Both the position numbers and the translations under genes were made by a program. Of a stretch of DNA of 64,000 bases, positions 25,481 through 38,062 are shown piece by piece; position 1 is the stretch's first letter; every line of letters begins with the position of its first letter. This stretch comes from Octopus sinensis (Eukaryota), in assembly GCF_006345805.1 (NCBI RefSeq), contig NC_043016.1, positions 14,446,001 through 14,510,000 on the forward strand. Reading direction: 5' to 3'. Under the pieces are notes generated by a model. That model saw only the letters and a list, made by a program, of their open reading frames with translations, ran no database searches and was not told the DNA's origin.

Positions 25481-28400
25481 CTGATTAATTGTGCCAATAT
25501 TCTTTCCATTTCCATTTCTCCTCTCTCTCTGTCACTCCTTTGTGTTCCCTCTTTTACGGTACATCGCCAATCTCCACAGTTGCTGGCAACTGCTTCCCAG
25601 TTGCTAATATTGATGTTGCAGGCCTTCATGTCCTTTTTGCAAACACCCAGCCACAGCAGGAGATGTATTAGAACAGGAAATGTAAAAGCCGGACTAGATT
25701 ATTTTTTGCGCAACTCCATTATCTCCCGAGACAAAAAGGATGCCAACAACAACAATTCTTTCCATTACTTTAATTACCTGCTAATTACTTTAATTACCTG
25801 CTAATCATAGTAAAGTCGTAAAGCCTCAGTAGTTGTTCTTTCTGAAGCATCTCCTTTGCCATGGAGCTGTTGGTGATTATACTGCTACTACACCAGTCTC
25901 TGGGGGTATGGCTCGTCCTAGAATTACCTGGTTTATTATGTGACCAGCTTGAGTGCTACTTCAGATGTCACAACCATTTCTTGTCTTCATATCTTTAATG
26001 ACCGACCGTTTAACCACATAGCTGTCCCCTTTGATAACTGCTCCCTCTGTTGGCTATATTTCAGAGAGTTCCTCCTCCTCCTCTCACACATTTTTCAACA
26101 TATACTAGCCTCTCCTTAAAACATTTTGAATACACTTTTCAGTCTGTGTGAATATGGTGTTTGTTTCGTAACCACATGGTTCTCTGTGATCTGTGTAGCA
26201 CCTTCAGTAATAGCCACAGGTTTATCATTGCCATGTGACTGGAACTGGTAGACAGAAACTGTAAAGAAGCCCATCGTGTGAATATGTGTGAATGCTTCAT
26301 GGTGTCTTTGCGTGATTCTATTTGAGTAAAAGTGGTTGCATTACGTTAGCATTTCCTGTTAACAAATCATTGTATAGCTCTTTGCTTTTGAAGGTAAACA
26401 GAGTGGGTGTGGAAGGGTGGAAAGACCCCTATTTGACAAACAGGGTTAGAGTTAATAGTAGAAAAGTCAGTTGAGTCAAAAATATGTCTCAGTAAATACT
26501 CATCCAACCCATGTTAGCATGGAAAAATGGATGTAAAACAAACACTGTATATGTCTACATAGGTATTTTAAATACATTTTACACATATCATTCATACCCT
26601 GTAATATTTCAAAGCAAAAAAAAAAAAAGAAAGAAAAGGAAGGAGGATCAATAGCTTAAGTGAAAGAAAAATAAATTTTAAGAATATATCCTCATTAAGA
26701 AAAATCTTTGTAGACGGACTGGTATTCAAAAAGTAAAAATTTAATAGCCTGCAGAAAAATTTAAGATTTACTGGCAAAAGTATCCGTCTGGCTCATTTAT
26801 GTTTCTTTGTTGTTTTTTGGGGTTTTTTTCAATTATTTTTTTCATTATTTGATTGAACAAAAATTAGTATTTTATTTATAATACAACAATTTTCATTTTG
26901 TTTTGATTTAGACAATTAAAATTAAAATACTTGAACGCAGATTAGAAACAAGTATTTTTACAATGTTCTTCTTAATTACAACATGTGTTAAAAATTGAAG
27001 AGGTACTTATTTCGAGGGAAAGGAAAGGGCTCACCAAAATGCATAAGGCATTGTTTATTACTGTTTATAAAATAATTGGAACCCACTTCTTAGAAATCAA
27101 TCATCTTCATCATCCTCATCTTTACCGTTTCAATCAGTGAATCTCTTTTCCATTGGCTGGATGGTCTATTTTTTGTACCAAGACAACAATAGCAGTTGGA
27201 GAAGGTAAATATATGTCTAGATATTCTTAACAACAACAACAACATAAACTGAATTGTTTTGTTTATGGTTACCAAATAAAAATTAATGCCTCAGAAGAGA
27301 ACAAATTTTACTGAGTTTTTTTTTTCATATCTATAAATTATAGTTGTACATAGTGAGATATCTTCAAAATACGATATTTTGATTGAGAATCTAACAGAAA
27401 AAAAAAGGTAATTCAATAATATGTGGTAAAAAAAAAAAAAAACTATAAAGAATGGGTGCTTGATTCCTTCACAGTTCATTTGCTTGTATGTCTAAGATTG
27501 ACCAATTTTGCAGTCCTTGGTTTAAGACCACACATAAACAAATTAATATTGGGTGGGTTATTTTACAAGAAACATTTGTTGGTAGATTAAAATTAGTTGA
27601 CCAAAAACAAGTTAATTAACATCTTCACAAAATTACATTTGTTAACTTTGTCATTTAACTATTATTAAAAAGTTTGTTTTATATTTTGTTTTTCATGGGA
27701 CTTAGTTATAGTTGTTAAAAATTAGGCTCTTAGACTCTAGATGAATTTGCTGTGTGAATGCCGCTATTCCAAAATTTTAATCTTGGTTTAAATTTTAGAG
27801 GAATAAATTATTATCATTGAAATCTTGTTTTGAAAAATTGTTTCATGTAGTTTCTCACATTAAACAACTTCTGTTTATTGTGAAGCATAACTTCTCCTAC
27901 CCTTTTTTTTTTAAATTTATTTTCCCCTCATTTTGTTTTGTTAACTTTTGGCAGCATTACAAAGTCCCAAAGTTGATACCATTGGTTTGTATGGGACAGT
28001 ATTGAAACAGATATTTACAAATCCAAATCTAGCACCTCTCAGGTAACAGTTCTGATTCTCAAAAGTATTCAGGCCGATATTTTCAATATTTCAAAGCTAA
28101 AAGGAAACTACAGAACCATCTGCTCCTGATATTAGTGCTGTATTAAAAAGGAATTGGTTTTTCTTTGAGTGTATAATTTGTGGTGTGATACCATTTGAAA
28201 AAAGTTAGTGTGAAGATTGCATGGGCAGTGATCAGTCTTTATATTTGTTCCTTGATTTACATATCTTGAAAAAATTATCATGGCATATTTGATTAATGGT
28301 TAGTCCACATTACTTCATAAGGAGCATAGGATTAATTTCCTCGTTTCTCTGGCATATATATATATATATTCCTCTATGGACAGGATGCTGGCCTGTTGCC

Positions 28401-30571
28401 GGATTATTTATTTTTACCAGCCAAGTGCATTGGAGCAGTGTGAAAAGGAGTGTTTTAATCAAAAATACAACTCCCTGCTTGATCCAGGAATCGAAACCAC
28501 AATCTTACAATCAGGAGTCCAATATCCTAACTATGAAGCCATGTGCCTCCACCATATTTGATTAATACCAATATTTAAAAAATTCCATATTCAAACAATA
28601 TCAATAGAATTTTTATGTTTTAGTTTAAGAAACCTGAAGTCATATTTATCTTTAGTAACTTTGGATTTAAGGGATTAGCTGGATAGGTTTGAAATTTTGT
28701 GAAGGTTCATCACAGCAGATCTGTAATGTAAATTGATATAACGAAATGCAAATTTATTCAGTTTTTGTAGCTTGAATCTAGATTTGAAAACGCTTTTGCT
28801 GATTTGTTTGGTTCTTTTTTTTTTTTTTATCCTTCAAATTTGAGTTGTGAAAAATTTGAGTTATTCGAGGTAAAAAAAAAAAAGGAAAAAAAAACTTTGT
28901 GTTATTGTTATAGATACGTCTTTTGTTATGTTGTTTCCAGCTGTTTAAAGCAAGAAATTAAAAAGCAAAACCATTATTAGTGTGGCAATGTATGGTAGAT
29001 CATGAAGAAACGAATTTATGTTCATTACAAAAATCAACAATTTCTGGAAGTCTAATCACTGAAATAAAGCAATATATTATGAGTTTATCTGTATTTTTTT
29101 TTTTTTTTTTTAATTCCATCAAAGACATCTTCAGTATTTGCTTGCATTTTTATTGTACGAAATGAAAATATTTAATGATTATTTAATTATGTTTTAAAGA
29201 ATTACTATTAAAAATTTTACAGCTATTTAATCTAGATTTTTTTGTTTCTTGCTTGCTATTCGATCAGTATTTTATACTAATAATGTTATATAAAATGTTA
29301 AAAATTGACATATTATAATCTTCATAAAATAAAAGAATTGCGGAAACATTTAAATTTTCTCTTGCATTCTTAAATCGTCTTACATATCTTCATTTTTGAT
29401 TACAGTAATATTGATTTCAAATTTTGGCACAAGGCCAGCAATTTCATGGGGAGGGATAAATAAATTACATCAAACCCAATACTCAACTGCTATTTATTTT
29501 ATTGATCCTAAAAGGATGAAAAGCAAAGTCAAACTCGGCGGAATTTGAATTCAAAACATAAAGACAGACAAAATGCTTGCTAAGTATTTTTGCCCGGTGT
29601 GCTCATGTTTCTACCAACTTGCCAGCATTTTTTTTTTTGGTTACAGTAGCATTACCTTGATATTGCATGCATGGAAGTATAACGGAATGGTATATTCTTT
29701 TCTACTCTAGGCACAAGGGCTGAAATTTTGGGGGAGTGGGGGGGGGGCAGTCAATTAGACTGACCTCAGTATACAACTGGTACTTAATTTATCAACCCTG
29801 AAAGGATGATAAGCAAAGTCGACTTCGGCAGAATTTGAACTCAGAACATTGACAGATGATATACCGCTAAGCATTTCACCCAGCGTGCTAATGTTTCTGC
29901 CAGCCCACCGCCTTGGAATGGTGTTCATATTTAGAATGATGACTAACAACCTGTCGAAGAGGAGACTTGAGGAATGTGAGTTAGATTTAACAAAAGGAAT
30001 TGAGAGCTTCATGTCATTTTAACATCTGCTCGTCTATGGATTGCTGCTGATATTGTTTCTAAACTCAATATCTTGAGATCTGGTATCAGTGCTTCTCATG
30101 TTTTCTTTCTAATCACTACTTTCTATTTCATCATTCAGGACTTTTTCATCCAGTACTGTCTATTTGCGTCACATGTATGTGTAGGTGGAAAGCTTCACAC
30201 TCCACTTAACATATAATTTTTTTCACACACTATATCTTTGTGTCAGTATATACTGTTCAGATGCTAGCTGTCACTTATGCTTTCTGATATTAAGCCAAGA
30301 GCAACAATTTATAACAAGCACTCAGAGAACGCAAACCTCTGCCAAGGCAATGGAGGTGATTTTTTTAAAATGAGAATATCTGAAATAGACTTGACTGCCC
30401 TCACAAGCAAGAATACTAACAATGAACCCAACTGCTCTCAATAATTAATTAAAACAGGAAAATAATCTAGAATCTTTGTCTGGTACCAGATCGATCCCAA
30501 AGTCTAATCAGTTTGTGCCAGTCACAAGACCAAACATCCCTTAAAGTTTCATCTGAATCCTTCCAATGGTT

Positions 30572-31225
30572 CAATATCAGCTAAAAGTATTGGTAAACTG
30601 GGTTCATAGAATCCACTAATAACAGCATAATAGTTAGGACCAAATTTTGGTTCATCATCAATATATTTGTAGTCATAGATTTCTTCAGAACGTTTCTTTA
30701 GGTTTGTTCCTTCTTTGATGGTGCCTTCTTCAACTGGTTTAGCAACAGCTGTTTTCTTCCCAGCAGCCTTGGCCCCTTTACCAGTTTTAACCTTTTTGAG
30801 GTCGACACTCTGCAAGGATGCTTTACATTTTTCTACAGGTTTAGATTTGGCAATGTCATCAGCTTTTAATGACAACATTAAACCTGATGAGTTTGGCCAA
30901 AAGCTCACTAGGAATTGGTTCCTTGCTATCAAGAAAGGCTTTACATGCCTCACATACCTCAACATATTGAGGGGCATCTTTACATCGACCTTTTGGATTG
31001 CCAAAAACGTTTACCTCCTTGTACAGACTTTGTTGTGTGATGATACCAAAACGTCTCCGAGATCCACTGCTAATTGCTGAAGTTATTGACTTTGATGACA
31101 TCCTCTGGTTTGTTCTCAACAATCAAGGCAATAAACACTTTCCAGCTAGGCTCATGCAGCTGTTCCCTAGCAAGACTTTGTTCCTATTTCGCTGTAGCGT
31201 GTCCATTAACATACTTTCCATCATA
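30572..31225 (-). pseudogene. SPAG17: Processed pseudogene fragment of SPAG17 (central-pair protein PF6 homolog), N-terminal ~220 codons
   Basis: Three frames join to K*EQSLAREQLHEPSWKVFIALIVENKPED / SAISSGSRRRFGII...APQYVEVCEACKAFLDSKEPIPSELLAKLIRF / ...TNLKKRSEEIYDYKYIDDEPKFGPNYYAVISGFYEP. This matches the SPAG17 N-terminus as I recall it (WEPSL, APLYYEV...KLLKF, LKRRGE...YIDDEP). TAG at 31184-31186, two frameshifts, no introns. Confidence 0.8.
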
Positions 31226-31759
31226 TTGCCAGCTACCACAAATTGGTGCTACTATTTGAAAATGGCTACATGCTACAATGGTTTAGTGGGTCTCTCGAAA
31301 TCTGAGAGGAAGTTCCTGAAATTTATTCACAACTTCTAACTTCAGTTCTGATTATCATTTCATTTATATTTACCACATCAATTCTAAGACAACAGTATAG
31401 CTTTAGTTAAGCTATGCACAAAAAAAAAAAATCAATGGAAAACCAGAGTGTATTGGTGAAAGATTTATTTAGTTAAACATATCAGGGCAAGAACCATTGG
31501 TCAACTCGTGCTTTGAAGAAGCCACCTCACCCCACTAACTTGAAGTTTACTTCACTGCAGACCAGCTCCCTAGCTAGCCATCAGTGAAGTTCCTGCCTAC
31601 ATTTCATCTGTCATAAGTCCTTGGGCAGTGCCCTGCGTATAGCTTCCTCCAGAACTGTTGACTGTCATTGGAACCAGGAAGGCATTTTAACTGCTCTGTC
31701 CATGTGTGTAGTTACTCAGCTCTTTTGTGACTGTTCATTGCCAAAGGTTGGTGTGATTT

Positions 31760-34360
31760 GCCTGGTTGAGCTGTCAATATCAAGATGAGCCGATTTCAAC
31801 TTATCAATGGAAACCATGTCTTGGCATCTGCCAATCAGGTGTTGGTACAATTCGTCTTCTGGATATATTATTTCATATAAGCCATTGTAAGGTGACTGGA
31901 GGGGTTTTCATTGTGTGTCACATCTAATGAACACAAACGTCACTGTGCAGAGGTCATTTGGTAAGGATGATTCAGATGTACCATGTGTTGACATGGGAAT
32001 AGGACATAACTGGCACACTGTTGCTCAGTTGCGTAAGATACTTTTTAACATCTGGGTCTGACTTTGTGTTGAGAAGGAACTCTCCTGATACTATATAAAT
32101 GGGGCACCATACACCATTTCCATGGAAGAATTTTCCTTTGGAGCAGTGTGGATTCCCAGCATCATCCATGGAAGTTGATCAATCCAATTGGGCCTGTTAA
32201 GTCTGGTTGTCAGGGATTCCTTCAGGCAGCAGTGAAATCTCTCCACTTACCTGTTGGCCTGTGGATGGTTGGCTGTTGTGTGCTTCATTGTGATTCCAAA
32301 AGGTCACACATGTCATTCCACAGCTTTCAGGCAAATTATAGATCCTGATCAGACGAAGATGCTGTCTGGGACACTGAAATGGGCAACCCAGTTTGTGATG
32401 AAGGAATGGCTGACTTCCTGTTTCCATGCTGCAAGGCCAAGTGTAGTGGTCTACCAAGGTCAGTAGGTACGAGCAACCCTGTGAAGGTGAGAGAAGGCTA
32501 ACAAGGTCAGTGTAGACATGGCTGAAACGGGCCTGTGGTGGTTCATAGTTGCCAAAGGGTGTTTTGGTGTGCTGATGGACCTTGGCTTGTTGACAGGGAA
32601 TACAGGTCTTGGTCCACTCCTCAATTTGCTTGGCCATACCGTGCCAGATAAATTTGCTTGACAGCAGGTGCCATGTGGTTCTAGATGGGACAGTCTGTGA
32701 ATGACATCGAAAACCTTCTTGTACCAGGCTAATGAGACAATCAGTCATGGCTTCTCAGTGGATACATCACAAAGCAGGGTTGTGCCATTGGAGCCAAAGT
32801 GCACATCCTGCAAAGAAAGTGCGGTAGACCCTGATCTCATCTGTCTGTTGGGTTGCAGTCTAGGCCTTTCGTTAACAAGGCTAGGTATGTGTGAGAGCAG
32901 GTAGGGGCACAAGAGAGTGCATCAGTGACTGGTTTGCCTTTTCCAGTTATGTGTTTGGATGTCTGTGGTATACTCAGAAATGGCTGATAATTGCCATTGC
33001 TGACATGCAGATCAAGGCTCTGAGAGCTTGCTCATAGTGAAGGTCAGTGATTTGTGATCTGTGAACACTGTAAGCATGCTGCCTTCAAGAAAATAGTGAA
33101 AGTGGTGGACACCTCGATGGACAGCCAGCAGTTCCCTATCAAAAGCATTGTATTTCTGTTCAGGTAGTTGTTGACTGAAGAAGGCAAATGGTCACCACTG
33201 ACCATTGATGCATTGTTCCAAAATGCCCCTAATGTCTGTGTCAGAGGTATCGACTGTGAGTGAAGTCCAAGCTGACATACAAAAATGGGATAGCATGGTT
33301 GCTTTAGCCAGGTCCTGTTTTGTGGATCTGAAGGCTGAGGTCATTGCACCATCCCACTCCACCTGTCTTTTTGAACCATCTTTTGACAATGCCTTGTATA
33401 GGAGTCTCATCACTCTTGCTGCAGAAAGGATGAAGTGATGGTAAAAGTTTACCATTCCCACAAATTGATGAGAACTTTGCTGGTGGTGGGGCATGGAAAA
33501 GATAAGATAGCTTTGACTTTTTCTGGTAGGGGTGTAGCACCAGCACCTGTGATTCAATGTCCCAGGAAGTCAATTTCTGTAACACCAAAAACACACTTGG
33601 CAGAGTTGATTACTAGACCGTAAGGTTCCAGTCTATCAAAAAGGGTCACTGGTTGCTTCTTGTGTAGCTCTGCATTTTGGCTGGTGATAAGGATATCATC
33701 TAAATATGCAAAGACAAAATCAACCTGATGTCCATCAAGCATTGGAAGGATTGTACTGCATTTTTTAGACCGAAAGTTGTACATAGGAATTTGTACAGCC
33801 AGAAAGGATTGATCACAGTGGTTTTAGATACACTGTCATCTTGTACTGGTATTTGGTGGTAACCTTGAATGAGCTCAACCTTTAAGAAAACTGAGCACCT
33901 GGCTAGCTAGGCTGAGAAGTCCTGTATGTGCAGAATGGAGCAGTAGTCAGGTGTTGTTTCTGCATTGAGACGGCAGTAATCTCTGAGGCTGCTAACCTCT
34001 GTTGGGTTTTGGGCCCACATGCAGGGGTGATGACCAGGGACTGCTTGATTGGTGAACGATGCCCAATGCCTCCATATTGTCAAATTCAGCATTGCAATAG
34101 CAAGTTTATCTGGTGGAAGACGATGTTTGTAGTTGTACACTGGATGGGGGGGGGGGGGGTAGTGCTGGGAATGTGGTCACACCATGGCGGGCTGTAGGTT
34201 TGGAGAATGTTGGGGTAGTGAGGTTGGGGTGATTCACAAGGAGATTCAAGAATTCGTTCTCATTCTGAGAGATGGTTGCTATGTGGGGGAGGGGTGTGTG
34301 TGCATGTGCAGGTATTGCAAGAGACACAGAAATATGTGTTGCTGTTGATGACTAATTTTC
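31760..34360 (-). mobile_element. Decayed Ty3/Gypsy LTR retrotransposon pol (RT-RNase H-integrase)
   Basis: Fragmented frames contain RLPPDKL, AYLDDILI (RT), TVDTSD and FDRELLA (RNase H), FIWHGM...CIPCQQAK and FSHVYTDLV (integrase); many stops and frameshifts; no LTR pair found. Confidence 0.9.
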
Positions 34361-34439
34361 ACTAGCCATGAAACAACCACGTTTCTACACCTTTTGCTAT
34401 TTCACATGCACTTTTCTAAATTGTGTAATTTGTGTTTTT

Positions 34440-35200
34440 GTGATCACAGGTATGCTGTAGACTGCTGTTTTTGTCATGGACAGGAAGTTGGAACAGAGAG
34501 CAAATGTGAAATTTTGCATTAAACTTGGAAAGTCTGCTACAAGGACATTCAGCGTGCTTCGGTAAGAGGCAATGGGCTGCATGGGCACTACAAAAGCAGA
34601 AAAATATATGCCTGAAAGACAATGAGAAATCTGGAAGACCTACCATGAGTGTCACTTCCGGAAATGTGGAGAGAATTCATCAGCTTGTGCATGAGGTTTA
34701 TTGGAAGACAATCAATGGCATTGCTAATATTGTTGGTCTGTTGTATGGGTCAGTACAGGCAACCCTGACATCTGAATTGAGCATGTAGCATGTCTCTACC
34801 AAGCTTGCCCTCACCTGATGACTACTGAGCTGAAAGAACATTGCATTGAAGTCTGTCAAGATCTCTGTCAACATGCTGCTGCTGACCATCCTCCATGTCG
34901 AGGATCATCATTGGCGACGACCTTGAGACAAAGCAATAGTTGCCACAATGGAAGTGCCCTTCATCTCCATGACCAAAGAAGGCACAACAGAACCACAGCT
35001 CAATCAAGAGCATGCTCATCCATTTTTTCAACATACATGGTATTGTGCATGAAGAATTTGTCCATCCGGGCCAGACCATCAATTGAGAGTTCTACTGCAA
35101 CATTTTGAAGTGCTTGATGGAAGACATTTGGTGAAAGCAACCAGATCTGTGGAGCACGAAGAATAAGATGAGTTTGTATTGATATCCACATCATCTCACT
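34440..35200 (+). mobile_element. Decayed mariner transposase fragment
   Basis: MDRKLEQRANVKFCIKLGKSAT HTH start and LKDNEKSGRP motif; internally deleted, many stops. Confidence 0.8.
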
Positions 35201-35351
35201 GCCTCTTCACTTAACTCATTACTCTTCCTTACTGTTTTAATTTCTTTACCTTAGATATGTTAACATTAACATAAACTATTGTTTTTCAAGCAGCTGGTTT
35301 CTCTGAATAAATTATTCCCTCAACATTCTGTGTTTTCAAGATGGCTAAAGA

Positions 35352-36639
35352 TATTGGGTCATCCCATAAATAATTTTTTTTTTTTTTTCATATTTCTTTT
35401 ATTTTTCAAACTTAAGATAAACAAACTTCTTTTTTAATCTAAAATATAATCTCCTTCATTTTCTACAATGTTCTTCCATCTATCTGGTAGACTTGCAAGG
35501 CTTCTCTTCCAAAATTCACTTGTCTGTGAAGAAAAATACTCCTCCAGCACTGTTCTGATCTCATCTACAGAATTCATATTTTTTCTGTCCAAATGATTTG
35601 GAAGACTGTGGAATAAATGATAATCAGATGGGGCAATGTCTGGCGAATATGGTGGGTGGGGCATCGTTTCCAGTTCAAACTGCTTCAGCTTTTGAAATGT
35701 CATCATTGCTGTATGTGGCCCAGCATTATCCTGATGTAAGAATGCCTTCTGTCTTGCAACCAAAGATGGACTTTTTTTCTTCTAGCGCTGACTTAAGCTG
35801 CTCACAGTAAATCTCCTTTGTTAGCATTTGGTTTGGGTTTAAAAGTTCAAAGTTGACCAAACCTTTCATATCACACTAAACAGATAACAATACCTTATGT
35901 GGGTGAAGACCTTCTTTCACATGGGGTGCTGATGTTTTTCCTTTCCATACCCACTGTCTTCAGTGCTTGATATTTTTATAGAGAACCCATTTCTTGTCAC
36001 CAGTCACAATTCAGTCCCAAAGAGGTTCATTTGCGAGACATGACAGCAAAGAAAAGCACACATTCACTCTCTGCGGGTGATTAGACTGGCAAAGTTTGTG
36101 AGGAACCCATTGACCCAATTTGCTGACTTTTCTGATGGCATGTAGGTGTCGATGAATTGTTGAATGACCAAATCCAAACTTCTCTGCTAGTTCCTCAACA
36201 GTTACAATGGGATTTTGTTCCACTAGGGTTTGCAGGACGTCCTTGTCAAACTCTACAGATCTTCTAGGATGAGGTTCATCTTCTAGATGTACTTTCCAGC
36301 TCGGAATTTCTGGAACCACCATTGACACTTGCTTATACTTATTGTCTGATCCCCATATACTGCATTAGTATTCCTTGCATCTTCCATTGTCTTTATTACC
36401 TTCATTGAACTCACAAAGCAAAATATGCCAAATATGCTCCTTTGTCACTTCCATTATAGCTTTGAAAAAATAACTGTTAAAATTGAAGTGCCCTCTTCAA
36501 AACTTGCACTAAGAATAAGTACAAGGTAAAATTACTACCTGTTTTTACAGCAAGTTGATGCAGGTAGTTTATCCTGTCCCCCACCGGCTTTTAGTTCATA
36601 CAATTGAAAAAACTGCATTATTTATGGGATGACACAATA
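35352..36639 (-). mobile_element. Full-length (~1.29 kb) mariner (D,D34D) element, transposase disabled
   Basis: Terminal inverted repeats TATTGGGTCATCCCATAAATAA / TTATTTATGGGATGACACAATA (1 mismatch, TA ends). Transposase ATG at 36454 to stop at 35434, with WVPHKL, TGDKKW, HQDNAGPH and YSPDIAPSDYHLF motifs. Confidence 0.93.
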
Positions 36640-37079
36640 TGATCAAGTGACTAATTCAACACTTCCTCAGCAAAATAACAATGAAAGCTAAGATTTGCTG
36701 ATGGAGTCGGTGAAAAAGCCAAACTTGCAATCTTCAATTCGGATTTTGTGTCTATCCTCACCTACCTTTCACCTGATCCCAGTACTTATTTTTTAAGCCT
36801 CGTACTTATTCTATTGGTTTCTTTTCCTGAACCACTAATTTATGGTGACGTAAATGCACCAACACCAGTTGTCAAGTGGTGATGGGGGGGGGGGACACAT
36901 CTATATATACATATATATGATGGGCTTCTTTCAGTTTCCATCAGCTAAATCCACTTACTTGCCCTAGGTGTCACACAGTGAGACTAAACCTGGAACCAGG
37001 TGGTTGGGAAGCAAACTTCTTACCACACAGACATTTCTTCACCTATGGACATGATTGTTGAGTAACTGGAATGGGATTC

Positions 37080-37420
37080 CTCTGAAGGAGCTCTGGAGAT
37101 TAAGGAGTCTCTCCAGGTCAAGATGCTACTTCTCCACACTGAGAGAACACAACTCTGGTACTATGGACGCATGATTAGAATGTGGCAAGAAAGAATCACA
37201 AGACAGATTCTTCAAGCTGAGCCAACTGGCAGGAAACTTAGGATTAGACCAAGAACAAGATGCTCAAATAATATCCTTAGACTCTGTTGGCCATACTTGG
37301 AAATCCAACTGAAAAGCCTAATGTTGGTTGTTTCCGATAAGACCCTTTATAGAAGGTTCCTAGGGTCTCTATTATCATGACCCTTCCAGGAATAGTGAGC
37401 AGAGAAAATGGATGGATGGA
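37080..37420 (+). mobile_element. Old RTE-type LINE 3' fragment
   Basis: QLWYYGRMIRM.QERITRQIL...GRKLRIRPRTR, typical LINE RT C-terminus. Confidence 0.7.
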
Positions 37421-37574
37421 TCCCCATGTCAGTAAATAATTTAAATGATTTTTTAATAATATTAAAAAAATACCCTTAATTTTATATGATTTTGATTTGC
37501 ATAGGAATTCATGTAAACCAACGGACAATTGTATTTACTTTTTTATTTCTTATTTTGTTACATTGTATATAATT

Positions 37575-38062
37575 TACATTATTTACATTGGACGGGTATG
37601 TGTCCTCATCTTGTTTGTTGTTACCACAACATTTCGGCTGATTTACTCTCCAGCCTTCATCAGGTGTCCTGATAGAATTCTGAATCCAACCCTGGATTCT
37701 CATCCCTAAGGTATTTTTTCTTTTTTTTGCTGATGTTATTATTATTATTATTGTTTATTCAAGGCACTACCTGGAATTGAACTCGCAGTCTTGGGGTTAG
37801 TAGCCCGCGCTCTTAACCATTACACTATATGCCCGTGGGCATAATGGTTAATGGTTAGCATAATAGTTAAGAGCATGGGCTACTAACCCCAAGATTGCAA
37901 GTTCAATTCCAGGCAGTGGCTAAATAATAATAATAACATCAGCAAAAAAAACAAAACTTTAGGAATGAGAACCAGGACACCTGATGAAGGCTGGAGAGTA
38001 AATCAGCCGAAACATTGTGATAACAAGATGAGGACACATATCCATCCAATGTAAATGATGTA
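37575..38062. mobile_element. Head-to-head inverted dimer of a tRNA-headed element carrying a hammerhead-like motif
   Basis: Arms mirror each other around ATGCCCGTGGGCAT (37829-37842). Each arm is tRNA-like head, (AAT)n, then CTGATGA-A-GGCTG..CAGCC-GAAA. Confidence 0.8.
37976..38022 (+). ncRNA. Minimal type-I hammerhead ribozyme-like motif (mirror copy 37623-37668, -)
   Basis: GACAC-CTGATGA-A-GGCTG(gagagtaaat)CAGCC-GAAA-CATT-GTG; stem III CpG mutated in both copies. Confidence 0.65.

Noticed and set aside
27200-28940. Intronic snoRNAs or miRNA hairpins in the repeat-poor island
   Set aside because: No convincing C/D boxes with terminal stem, H/ACA fold or clean hairpin by eye; an Infernal/snoscan search would be needed.
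30549-31339. Functional gene from ORFs 30549-31004(-), 30715-31080(+) or 30998-31339(+)
   Set aside because: SPAG17 similarity switches frames twice and includes a stop; the + strand ORFs are antisense shadows.
31340-34360. Intact LTR retrotransposon or env-bearing element
   Set aside because: No gag, LTR pair or PBS seen; pol is heavily mutated; the post-pol sequence is host-derived, not env-like.
37764-37920. Pair of tRNA genes with ACT anticodon
   Set aside because: Acceptor and T stems pair poorly and the sequences are embedded in a longer repeat; treated as SINE heads.
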